A stretch of 64,000 nucleotides of DNA from Bacteroidales bacterium (GTDB lineage: Bacteria; Bacteroidota; Bacteroidia; Bacteroidales; UBA932): contig JAFTDJ010000024.1 in NCBI GenBank assembly GCA_017454265.1, positions 3,329 through 67,328 of the forward strand. The letters are read 5' to 3'. Both the position numbers and the translations under genes were made by a program. This document shows, one piece after another, positions 20,830-28,821 of the stretch; the stretch's first letter is position 1, and each line of letters begins with the position of its first letter. Under the pieces are notes generated by a model. It saw only the letters and a program-made list of their open reading frames with translations, ran no database searches and was not told the origin of the DNA.

Positions 20830-21949
20830 TAGCCAAACAGACAACTTCGTTAAGAAAAGTATGGAAGAGTTCTCTACGGCTCTTCCCGATGGTGATTGGA
20901 TGGTGTTTGAGAGAAAGCTTGATGCCGCCACTTCAAGGAGAGCTCGAAAACACTTAATTCTTATGTTTTGGGGTATCTTCCCTGCCGGAGTTGCGGCAAT
21001 CATAGCTATACTGATAATGATTACCCGAGAATCGTATGATGATACTTTCATGACAAATCAAAATAATGGAAGTATTACCGCTCAGTCGATAAAAGCTCAA
21101 CAAGATGATTTCTCTCTTCCCACTCTGGAGAGCATAATAACCCGGTCGGTTGATAGCGAGCCACAAACCTTTGAAGATAAGGGGTTTATCACGGACCCCG
21201 AAACAACTCCGGAACCAACAGTCACAGATGAAAGCAGCAATGATAAACAAGCAAATGAATCTCTAATCATATCAGAAAAAACGGTTAAGGATAATGAATT
21301 CACCCCGTTCGAAGATGTTTCTACAGGAAAGTCAAAAAATGTGATGGCGCTTATTTGTCCGGCTTCCGGCATATTGACAAACGGAATAGCCCTAGGCATA
21401 GTATCACATGAATCAACTGCGTCCAAGCCCGCCACCACCACGCCTCCAGGCATCATGCATCCACACATAGATTATACAAAGCATTATATGCCTTTGATTT
21501 TTGGGATATCCTTCAGGTATTCTCTGTCAGACAAATGGTCAATTGTCAGCGGATTGGATTATTCTTTATATGTCTCAGACATAAGCACGGGCCAAACGGC
21601 ATTTAAAAAAAGTCAGTGTACCAATTATATAGGCGTGCCTATCCGAGCGGATTATCATTTTTGTGATTTTGGAGATATTGGCCTATATGCAGGTTTAGGT
21701 GTGAAGGCAGATTGGTGTTTCAATTCAAACATCAACGGTACCATTCAGAATAATACCCGCAACCCAGCTATAACGACCTTCCTGTCTTTTGCCCTTCAAT
21801 ATAATATATCTCCCGTTTTTAGCCTGTACCTTGAACCATCCGCCTCAATGCTCATGACAGCCGCAAGTCCCAATGGTATTTCCACTTACCGTGATTCAAA
21901 TCGTATCTATTACTCAACTTCTATAGGCTTCCGTATAAACATCAATTAA
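20816..21949 (+). CDS. Putative anti-sigma factor: N-terminal cytoplasmic segment, TM helix, polar linker and C-terminal outer-membrane beta-barrel (Dma-like)
   Basis: Overlaps the sigma gene; single hydrophobic helix near the N-terminus; S/T/E/P-rich linker; HYMPLIFGISFRY..SGLDYS..YIGVPI..LYLEP..IGFRININ barrel strands. Confidence 0.75.
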   Translation: MLTNNSQTDNFVKKSMEEFSTALPDGDWMVFERKLDAATSRRARKHLILMFWGIFPAGVAAIIAILIMITRESYDDTFMTNQNNGSITAQSIKAQQDDFSLPTLESIITRSVDSEPQTFEDKGFITDPETTPEPTVTDESSNDKQANESLIISEKTVKDNEFTPFEDVSTGKSKNVMALICPASGILTNGIALGIVSHESTASKPATTTPPGIMHPHIDYTKHYMPLIFGISFRYSLSDKWSIVSGLDYSLYVSDISTGQTAFKKSQCTNYIGVPIRADYHFCDFGDIGLYAGLGVKADWCFNSNINGTIQNNTRNPAITTFLSFALQYNISPVFSLYLEPSASMLMTAASPNGISTYRDSNRIYYSTSIGFRININ

Positions 21950-21963
21950 GCACCAACTCTATT

Positions 21964-22413
21964 ATGAAGTATCATTCATCTTTAATGCGCATTGTCGTAA
22001 TCGCACTTACTACAACATCTTTCTTTTCATCATGTAACAAACAGAATGATGAGATTCTTCAGCACTCTTCCACTATTGGCAGTATACAAGCGAAATCTGA
22101 TTGGGAAGATGAGAACCCCTTTACAGTTTCCCAACAGATGGCTGAAGATTACTTTAAACTCACCTTTGGAAACAAGTCGATAGTTAATCTCTCGCCAATT
22201 ATCCATGAAGGTATCACTTGTGCTTATCTTATTTCTTATAACAATGGTTGGTGTCTTGTTTCTGGCGACACTAGAATTCAACCGGTCCTAGGATATGACG
22301 ATAATTGTTCCCTCTCATTTGAAGAGATATGCGAATCACCCGCATTAAGCACCTGGCTTAATAGTCTTATTGATGATATTATTGGTATAACAATTAATAA
22401 CGATATTGTATAA
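21964..22413 (+). CDS. Lipoprotein with Spi/Inhibitor_I69 (C10 peptidase propeptide-like) domain
   Basis: SSC lipobox; AYLISY.NGWCLVSGDTRIQPVLGY...PALSTWL; the ORF ends before any catalytic domain. Confidence 0.7.
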   Translation: MKYHSSLMRIVVIALTTTSFFSSCNKQNDEILQHSSTIGSIQAKSDWEDENPFTVSQQMAEDYFKLTFGNKSIVNLSPIIHEGITCAYLISYNNGWCLVSGDTRIQPVLGYDDNCSLSFEEICESPALSTWLNSLIDDIIGITINNDIV

Positions 22414-22453
22414 TATCCGTCCTCTTAATTAACGTATTATAATAGTTTGAGTA

Positions 22454-23215
22454 ATGAAAGCTTTTAATAATAAATTTTTTTTGTGCTTATCCATTCTGTT
22501 GTTTTATATTTCATTATGCGGATGTGGTGACAAATCTGCACAATATCCAGACGTTTGTTACACGCCTCTAGAATACGGTAGTTTTGGCATACAGAAGGCT
22601 AATTACCTCATTGTATGGAATTCAAGCATAGAGTGGGTAAATGCCGGGGATCTTTCCTGCTGGACTTGGTGTGGGAATAACTATAACGATACTCAGGTGG
22701 TTAAAGCCGATGAATTTGCATTGACATTATGGACAAAAGAGCATAGTTGGGATGAAATTATGGAAGATTCAGAATTGCTTTCATATTATAGGCCAGGAGA
22801 GCCTGAAATCGACGCCCAACTCATCGCCAATTCCGGAAGAGACAATCTGTATTCACCTATAGGCAGTCCTTTGAGTTATAGGTTGGAAGGATTAAAAAAC
22901 CTGAGTATAACATGTGAGCAAACCATTTTTGGCCTGCCACCTTCAACGGATATAACGGATAAATTTGTCATCTTCAGCCGAACACCTGTCATCAATTCGG
23001 ATAAACAATACCTTGGCGTCTGCCCTAAGTTTTCTCTACTAAGTGATTATTTAGGGCTAAAACCACTTGTATTCGATAGTCTGACTATCGTTTTCAAGCG
23101 TTCTGATATTCCTTCCGAGAAGATAGAGAATTGCAGGTTCAGATTATATTTGGAACTTGATAATGGCCAAACATTTATTGCCCAAAGTAAAGCGGTAACG
23201 TTCAGTGAGCGGTGA
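22454..23215 (+). CDS. Hypothetical lipoprotein
   Basis: 253 aa ORF with hydrophobic leader and LCGC lipobox; no family recognised. Confidence 0.65.
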   Translation: MKAFNNKFFLCLSILLFYISLCGCGDKSAQYPDVCYTPLEYGSFGIQKANYLIVWNSSIEWVNAGDLSCWTWCGNNYNDTQVVKADEFALTLWTKEHSWDEIMEDSELLSYYRPGEPEIDAQLIANSGRDNLYSPIGSPLSYRLEGLKNLSITCEQTIFGLPPSTDITDKFVIFSRTPVINSDKQYLGVCPKFSLLSDYLGLKPLVFDSLTIVFKRSDIPSEKIENCRFRLYLELDNGQTFIAQSKAVTFSER

Positions 23216-23520
23216 TGAACCTCCTGTATTGTCGCGGAAACAGTATCGGCAATTTGGGTGTATTCCCCTATACCAACCGTAAACGCCAATTCTCTAGTAC
23301 TCAGCCATTTACTTCTTCCAAGTGGGGGAATTTGCCCCCACATGGAAAGGGTAAGGTGTTGATAGCAAGGATGTTAAAGAAAACGGGGGGCTGGATGCGT
23401 CTTCAAAGACGCAATGCCGGCAGCAGATTCCGCCGGAGCATCAGGGGATACGGTCAAAATATCAGGTACCGTCACACATTTGAAAACTCGCGATAAAGTA
23501 TTGCTTCGTTAATTAGAAAT

Positions 23521-23549
23521 AATCAGCAATTTTTCGTTGCTGATTTTTT
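23521..23549 (+). terminator. Possible intrinsic terminator
   Basis: AATCAGCAA-N7-TTGCTGATT followed by a T-run. Confidence 0.5.
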
Positions 23550-23594
23550 CTATTCCCTTGCTTTCGGGCGGAAAATGTCCATCTTGCGCCGGAT

Positions 23595-23978
23595 ATGCAG
23601 ACAGACAAACAAAAAACCGGAAGCCGGGGAGAAGAAGAGGCCTGCAGCTGGCTCGTAGGGGAGGGACACCACATACTCCGGCGGAACTGGCGGGCGGGGC
23701 ACCTGGAGCTGGATGTCATTACGCTGCAAGGGCGTGTACTTCACATTGTGGAGGTAAAAACCAGAAGCGCGGGGGCTCCTGTTCCTCCCGAGGTAAACGT
23801 CGGCCGAGACAAGCGCCGCCGTATGGTTTCCGCAGCCAATGCCTTCATAAATTCGGCCGAGCGCGGCACCCTTCCCCCGAATCTTGAAATCTGGTTTGAT
23901 GTCCTCACGGTAGTCTTTGCCGAGCCGGCGCCCCGAATCGAGTACTTCCCACAGGCGTTCATTCCCTTTTATGTTTAG
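23595..23978 (+). CDS. yraN: YraN/UPF0102 family predicted endonuclease
   Basis: G.RGEEEA, ILRRNWR..HLELDVI, IVEVKTR, FDV. Confidence 0.88.
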   Translation: MQTDKQKTGSRGEEEACSWLVGEGHHILRRNWRAGHLELDVITLQGRVLHIVEVKTRSAGAPVPPEVNVGRDKRRRMVSAANAFINSAERGTLPPNLEIWFDVLTVVFAEPAPRIEYFPQAFIPFYV

Positions 23979-24000
23979 TTTTTGTACCTTTGGTGCAGAA

Positions 24001-24273
24001 ATGAAGCTGTCCAAAGGAAGCATCGCGGCAATCATAGTCGGCTTAATCGCCGTCGGAGCCGCGGTGTACATAATGATACACGGCCTTGGCCTGAATCCGG
24101 ACCTGGATTTTGGCGCCGGTGCATACTACTATGCAGACATACCGGATTTCCAGAAGCTCCCGGGACAGGACAGTTACACCGCCGTACTTCCTTTCTGGGC
24201 CTACCTTCTGTTGTTTTTAGCCTGGGGCTGGCTGATGTGGCGGCTATGGAAGAAGATAGACAAAAACAGGTGA
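24001..24273 (+). CDS. Small two-TM hypothetical membrane protein
   Basis: 90 aa with two hydrophobic helices flanking DFGAGAYYYADIP; TACCTTTG box at 23985-23992. Confidence 0.7.
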   Translation: MKLSKGSIAAIIVGLIAVGAAVYIMIHGLGLNPDLDFGAGAYYYADIPDFQKLPGQDSYTAVLPFWAYLLLFLAWGWLMWRLWKKIDKNR

Positions 24274-24280
24274 TTGTGGT

Positions 24281-24312
24281 TTTGCCAAAGTCCGCAGAAT
24301 TTAGTAACTTTG
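24281..24312 (+). promoter_or_regulatory. Bacteroidetes sigma-A promoter of mutS
   Basis: TTTG (24281-84)-N20-TAACTTTG (24305-12) matches the -33/-7 consensus. Confidence 0.75.
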
Positions 24313-24337
24313 AAATTCTGAACAGGAATACAAGATA

Positions 24338-26947
24338 ATGGCAAGATCATCGGAAGACACTCCGCTGCTCAAGCAGTACTTCACAATCAAGGCCCAGAAT
24401 CCGGAGGCTCTCCTGCTGTACCGGGTAGGGGATTTCTATGAGTGCTATTCCGATGATGCGGTAACCTTGAGCAAGGTGCTTGGAATCGTACTTACGCGCC
24501 GTTCCAATGGAGACAAGGGCGATACGGAGATGGCCGGTTTCCCCCACCACGCAATAGATACCTACCTTCCCAAACTTGTACGCTCCGGTTACAAAGTGGC
24601 TATATGCGACCAGCTGGAAGATCCCAAGCTGGTCAAGACAAAGCTCGTAAAGCGCGGAGTCACCGAGATCCTCACCCCGGGCGTGGCTTTTGGCGAGACC
24701 ATGTTGGAAGGAAAGGAACACAATTGGCTTGCAGGCCTGTTGTACGACGGTCCGGAGTGCGGCGCCGCCTTCCTGGACGTCTCTACAGGTACTTTCAAAG
24801 TGGCCCAGGGCAGCACGGATTATATTGCTACGCTTCTTTACAGCTTTCGGCCGAAAGAACTTGTAGTGCAGCGGGAAGTGCTGCGCGGTGTCCGGGAAAA
24901 GTTCCCTGATTTTTATGTAAGCGCCATAGACGAATGGGCTTTCGTTCAGGAAGCCGCGGAGGAGAAACTCTGCCGCCAGCTGGGAGTGAGTTCCCTCAAA
25001 GGCTTTGCCATAGACCGCTATCCGCTTGCCGTCTGCAGCGCCGGAGCGCTTGTATTCTACCTCGAGCAGACGCATCATACGGGTTTGCGTAACATATGCA
25101 GTATCAGCCGTATAGATGAAGGCAGCTTCGTATGGATGGACCGCTTTACCATTCGCAATCTGGAGATTTTCCAGAGCAATGCAGGCCGTGAGGGCGTTTC
25201 GCTTACAGACGTGCTTGACCGTTGCTCTTCCCCTATGGGCAGCCGCCTGCTGAGGGAATGGCTTTCGCTGCCGGTGCTCGATATACCCACCCTCAACGGC
25301 CGCTACGACGTTGTGCAATTCTTCTGCGACAACGAGGAGGCCTTGCAGGACGCCCGCGTGCGCATCTCGGACATAGGAGACCTCGACCGCATAACGGCCC
25401 GAGCTGCGACGGGTAAAATAAGCCCGCGTGAAATGATGCAGCTGGCCCGTTCGCTCGCCCAGATGACGCCTCTCCGCCAGATGTGCTCCGAGACTGGAAT
25501 ACCTGCGTTGGAGAAGCTTGCACGGGGTATAAAAGACACGGATCCGCTGCTTCTCCGGATTCGCGCCACTTTGGCCGAGAATCCCGCGGCCCAGCTCGGC
25601 AAGGGCGATGTGATTGCTCCGGGCGTGTCTGCCCAGCTTGACGAACTGCGCAGCATCTCCCGCGGTGGCAAGGATTACCTCCTGCAGATGCAGCAGCGGG
25701 AAGCGGGGCGAACGGGCATAAGTTCGCTCAAAATAGGCTATAATAACGTTTTCGGCTATTACATAGAAGTCCGTAACACTTATCGGGACCAGGTGCCGCC
25801 GGAGTGGGTGCGCAAGCAGACCCTGGTGTCCAGCGAGCGTTACGTAACGGAAGAGCTCAAGGAATACGAAAACAAGATACTGTCTGCCGAGGGCTCCATT
25901 TACGAACTGGAATCCGGCATCTACGGTGCTTTGGTGGCGGATGTACAGAAACGCATAAAGGATATTCAGGGCAATTGCCTCGCAGTGGCCCAGATGGACG
26001 TGCTCGCCGGATTCTCCCGCCAGGCGCTGGATCGCGGCTATTGCCGCCCTGTGATAGACAAATCGCTGTCTTTCGACATCAAGGCCGGGCGCCATCCGGT
26101 CATCGAGACAATGATGGCTCCGGGCGAAGAGTACGTGCCCAACGATATTTCCATGGACAGCCGCAAGGAGCAGATTATGGTGCTTACCGGGCCCAATATG
26201 GCAGGTAAATCAGCTCTCCTGCGCCAGACTGCCTTGATTGTGCTGATGGCCCAGGCCGGCTCCTTCGTGCCTGCGCGCGAAGCCCGTATAGGCCTGTGCG
26301 ACAAAATATTCACCCGCGTGGGAGCCACCGACAACATTTCCCGAGGCGAATCAACGTTTATGGTGGAGATGCTGGAGACCGCGATGATCATGCACAACCT
26401 TTCCGAGCGTTCCCTGGTGCTGATGGACGAAATAGGCCGCGGCACTTCAACTTACGACGGAATGTCCATAGCCCGCGCCCTGATTGAATATACGCACGAA
26501 AGGGGCCGTGGCGCCAAGACCCTTTTCGCCACCCACTACCACGAGCTCAACGACATGGAAAAACGTTTCCCGCGTGTGCACAACTGGCATATTGCGGTTA
26601 AGGAAGAGGGACACGACGTTATTTTCCTGCGAAAGCTCGAACGCGGTGGCGTGGCCCACAGCTTCGGCATCCACGTTGCCCGTATGGCCGGTATGCCGCA
26701 GGAGGTAATAGCGTCTGCGGAGCGCACTTTGCGCGAGTTGGAGCGCCGGGAGAAGAATGCAGACGCCCTTTCCAAAGACACTTCTGAAGACGGCAGCGTG
26801 CAGCTTTCCTTCTTCCAGCTGGACGACCCCACGCTGAGCTCCCTGCGCGAGCAGCTTCTGGAGGCGAACCTGGATAATATGACCCCCTTGCAGGCCTTCG
26901 ACCTGCTGCGCAAACTCAAGGGCGAGGTGGGGGCGGACAAAGACTGA
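24338..26947 (+). CDS. mutS: DNA mismatch repair protein MutS
   Basis: TPLLKQY, RVGDFYE, GPNMAGKS Walker A, GESTFMVEM, DEIGRGTST, FATHYHEL. Confidence 0.98.
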   Translation: MARSSEDTPLLKQYFTIKAQNPEALLLYRVGDFYECYSDDAVTLSKVLGIVLTRRSNGDKGDTEMAGFPHHAIDTYLPKLVRSGYKVAICDQLEDPKLVKTKLVKRGVTEILTPGVAFGETMLEGKEHNWLAGLLYDGPECGAAFLDVSTGTFKVAQGSTDYIATLLYSFRPKELVVQREVLRGVREKFPDFYVSAIDEWAFVQEAAEEKLCRQLGVSSLKGFAIDRYPLAVCSAGALVFYLEQTHHTGLRNICSISRIDEGSFVWMDRFTIRNLEIFQSNAGREGVSLTDVLDRCSSPMGSRLLREWLSLPVLDIPTLNGRYDVVQFFCDNEEALQDARVRISDIGDLDRITARAATGKISPREMMQLARSLAQMTPLRQMCSETGIPALEKLARGIKDTDPLLLRIRATLAENPAAQLGKGDVIAPGVSAQLDELRSISRGGKDYLLQMQQREAGRTGISSLKIGYNNVFGYYIEVRNTYRDQVPPEWVRKQTLVSSERYVTEELKEYENKILSAEGSIYELESGIYGALVADVQKRIKDIQGNCLAVAQMDVLAGFSRQALDRGYCRPVIDKSLSFDIKAGRHPVIETMMAPGEEYVPNDISMDSRKEQIMVLTGPNMAGKSALLRQTALIVLMAQAGSFVPAREARIGLCDKIFTRVGATDNISRGESTFMVEMLETAMIMHNLSERSLVLMDEIGRGTSTYDGMSIARALIEYTHERGRGAKTLFATHYHELNDMEKRFPRVHNWHIAVKEEGHDVIFLRKLERGGVAHSFGIHVARMAGMPQEVIASAERTLRELERREKNADALSKDTSEDGSVQLSFFQLDDPTLSSLREQLLEANLDNMTPLQAFDLLRKLKGEVGADKD

Positions 26948-26953
26948 CATCCG

Positions 26954-28237
26954 ATGAAAAAAGTTCTCATCATAACATATTATTGGCCGCCCACCGGGGG
27001 CAGCGGAGTGCAGCGCTGGGTTAAATTCACCAAGTATCTGCGCCGCTTCGGATGGGAACCTGTCATATATACCCCCGAAAATCCTGAGCAGCTTGCTACA
27101 GACGAAAGCCTGCTCACGGATATACCCGAAGGGGTGACGGTGCTCAAACGTCCTATCCGCGAACCGTACAATATGTACCGCAGATTTTTTGGCGGCAGTT
27201 CAGCCAAGGGAGCAGGGGTGAATCCCCTGAACCGTCAGAAGAAGAGTTTCAAGCAGCGGCTGGCGGTGCTGCTCCGCGGCAATCTCTTTGTTCCCGACCC
27301 CCGTGTGGGCTGGGTGAAGCCGTCCGTGCGCTTTCTGAAGAACTGGCTGAGGGATAATCCCGTAGATGCCGTGGTTACTACCGGCCCGCCCCAGTCCATG
27401 CATCTCATAGGCTTGCGCCTGCACCGCAGTACAGGTGTGAAATGGATTGCCGATTTCCGCGACCCATGGACTGAGATGCATTACTTTAAGCATATGGGGC
27501 TGCTGCCATGGACTGCGGCGCGCCACCGGTCGATGGAGCAGAAGGTGCTGGACGAAGCGGATACGGTGATAGCAGTCTCCGCTCCCGTACGTGACGACTT
27601 CCAGTCGCGAACCAAGACGCCGGTAGTGCTCATCACCAACGGTTTCGATACGGACGATTTTGCAAAAGACGCTCCGGTGCTCCCTCCTGACCGCTTTACG
27701 CTGGTGCACACGGGCCTTTTCGCCTCCGACGGCAACCCGCTTGCGCTGTGGGATGTCCTTGCAAGGAAGTGTGCGGCGGACAGCAACTTCCGCGCGCAGC
27801 TCCGTATACGGCTTGCCGGCAAGACGGACGCAGAAATCATAGAGGCCCTGTCGGTTCGCGGACTGTCCGGGAACGTGGAGAATCTGGAATACCTGCCGCA
27901 TTGGCAGACCGTGCAGCTCCAGCGTTCCGCCAACATACTGCTGCTGCCCCTGCGCCAGGAACCCGAGTATGCAAAGGCTTTGCCCGGTAAGATATTCGAG
28001 TACCTTGCAGCCCGCCGGCCTGTGCTTGGAATAGGACAGGAAGGGGGTGCCGCCGCCGCCGTGCTTTCCGATACCGGTGCAGGCGTAATGTACGACTGGG
28101 ACCGCGTAGAACCGGTCAGAAACTATATAGAAAGCGCCTGGGAACGTCATCTCGTGGGCGCAGACAATGCTCCCGAGGGTAACATAGACCAGTATTCGCG
28201 TATCGCACTTACAGAGAAACTATCAGGTATTTTATGA
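26954..28237 (+). CDS. Glycosyltransferase family 4
   Basis: KKVLIITYYWPP.GGSGVQRW, WIADFRDPW, ITNGFD, PGKIFEYL. Confidence 0.88.
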   Translation: MKKVLIITYYWPPTGGSGVQRWVKFTKYLRRFGWEPVIYTPENPEQLATDESLLTDIPEGVTVLKRPIREPYNMYRRFFGGSSAKGAGVNPLNRQKKSFKQRLAVLLRGNLFVPDPRVGWVKPSVRFLKNWLRDNPVDAVVTTGPPQSMHLIGLRLHRSTGVKWIADFRDPWTEMHYFKHMGLLPWTAARHRSMEQKVLDEADTVIAVSAPVRDDFQSRTKTPVVLITNGFDTDDFAKDAPVLPPDRFTLVHTGLFASDGNPLALWDVLARKCAADSNFRAQLRIRLAGKTDAEIIEALSVRGLSGNVENLEYLPHWQTVQLQRSANILLLPLRQEPEYAKALPGKIFEYLAARRPVLGIGQEGGAAAAVLSDTGAGVMYDWDRVEPVRNYIESAWERHLVGADNAPEGNIDQYSRIALTEKLSGIL

Positions 28238-28821
28238 GTTCAGTCATAACATCTGTTTCCTTGTGTTGCCCCGGTTGCGGCAAAGAATATGAAGCGCAAG
28301 CCTACAGGCACGTAGATGCCGTTGCCGAGCCCGAACTCAGGGATAAGGTTATAAGCGGGGAGCTTTTCCTGCGCACCTGCCCCTTTTGCGGCAGCAGGCA
28401 GCTTGTAACCGATCCGGTGATTTACCGCGACAATCATCTGCTGGCGTGCCTTTCGGACCGTAAGCTGGAAGTTGAGGGCCTTGACGGAATGGCCGGAAGG
28501 CTGGTTTCCGATGTGGGCTCCCTGATCGAAAAGGTAAAGATATTTACCGCCGGCCTCGACGATGTACCCATGGAGTTCTGCAAGTTCGTTACCCGTCAGG
28601 AACTTGGTAAAGACGTGGATCTCAAGTTCCTGCGCCTCGACGGAGCAGACAACGATATCATACTTGCGTATCCCGAAGGTGGACAGATGCAGATGTTGTC
28701 TGTCGGGTTTAACGTTTACGAAGACTGCTGCGGCATAGTGGGCAGGAATCCCGAGATTACCCGCGGGCTCGGGGGAATGGTGCGCATAGACAGGTCCTGG
28801 GTGGAACAATTTTTACGCTGA
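28234..28821 (+). CDS. CpXC domain (zinc-ribbon) protein
   Basis: CPGCG...PELRDKVISGELF..TCPFCG...IYRD. Confidence 0.8.
   Translation: MSSVITSVSLCCPGCGKEYEAQAYRHVDAVAEPELRDKVISGELFLRTCPFCGSRQLVTDPVIYRDNHLLACLSDRKLEVEGLDGMAGRLVSDVGSLIEKVKIFTAGLDDVPMEFCKFVTRQELGKDVDLKFLRLDGADNDIILAYPEGGQMQMLSVGFNVYEDCCGIVGRNPEITRGLGGMVRIDRSWVEQFLR

Larger units (their letters stand above)
20160..23550. other. AT-rich accessory insert (no mobility gene seen)
   Basis: Visibly lower GC and AT-ending codons than both flanks; four co-oriented ORFs; boundaries approximate. Confidence 0.7.

Noticed and set aside
20195-23376. TTGATA-centred motifs at both insert edges as att sites
   Set aside because: The shared core is only GTTGATA with different flank spacing, too short to separate from chance without an empty-site comparison.
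23047-23496. ORFs 23212-23496(+) and 23047-23343(-) as C10 catalytic-domain remnants (KWGN/WGQ-like words)
   Set aside because: Similarity is limited to 3-4 residues coinciding with a DNA hairpin; there is no catalytic Cys motif.
24347-26095. Long antisense ORFs (also 8847-10157, 28833-30299, 34801-36069, 53594-55309, 60300-61697)
   Set aside because: They shadow well-supported genes on the opposite strand, are expected at this GC and codon bias, and show no family motifs.
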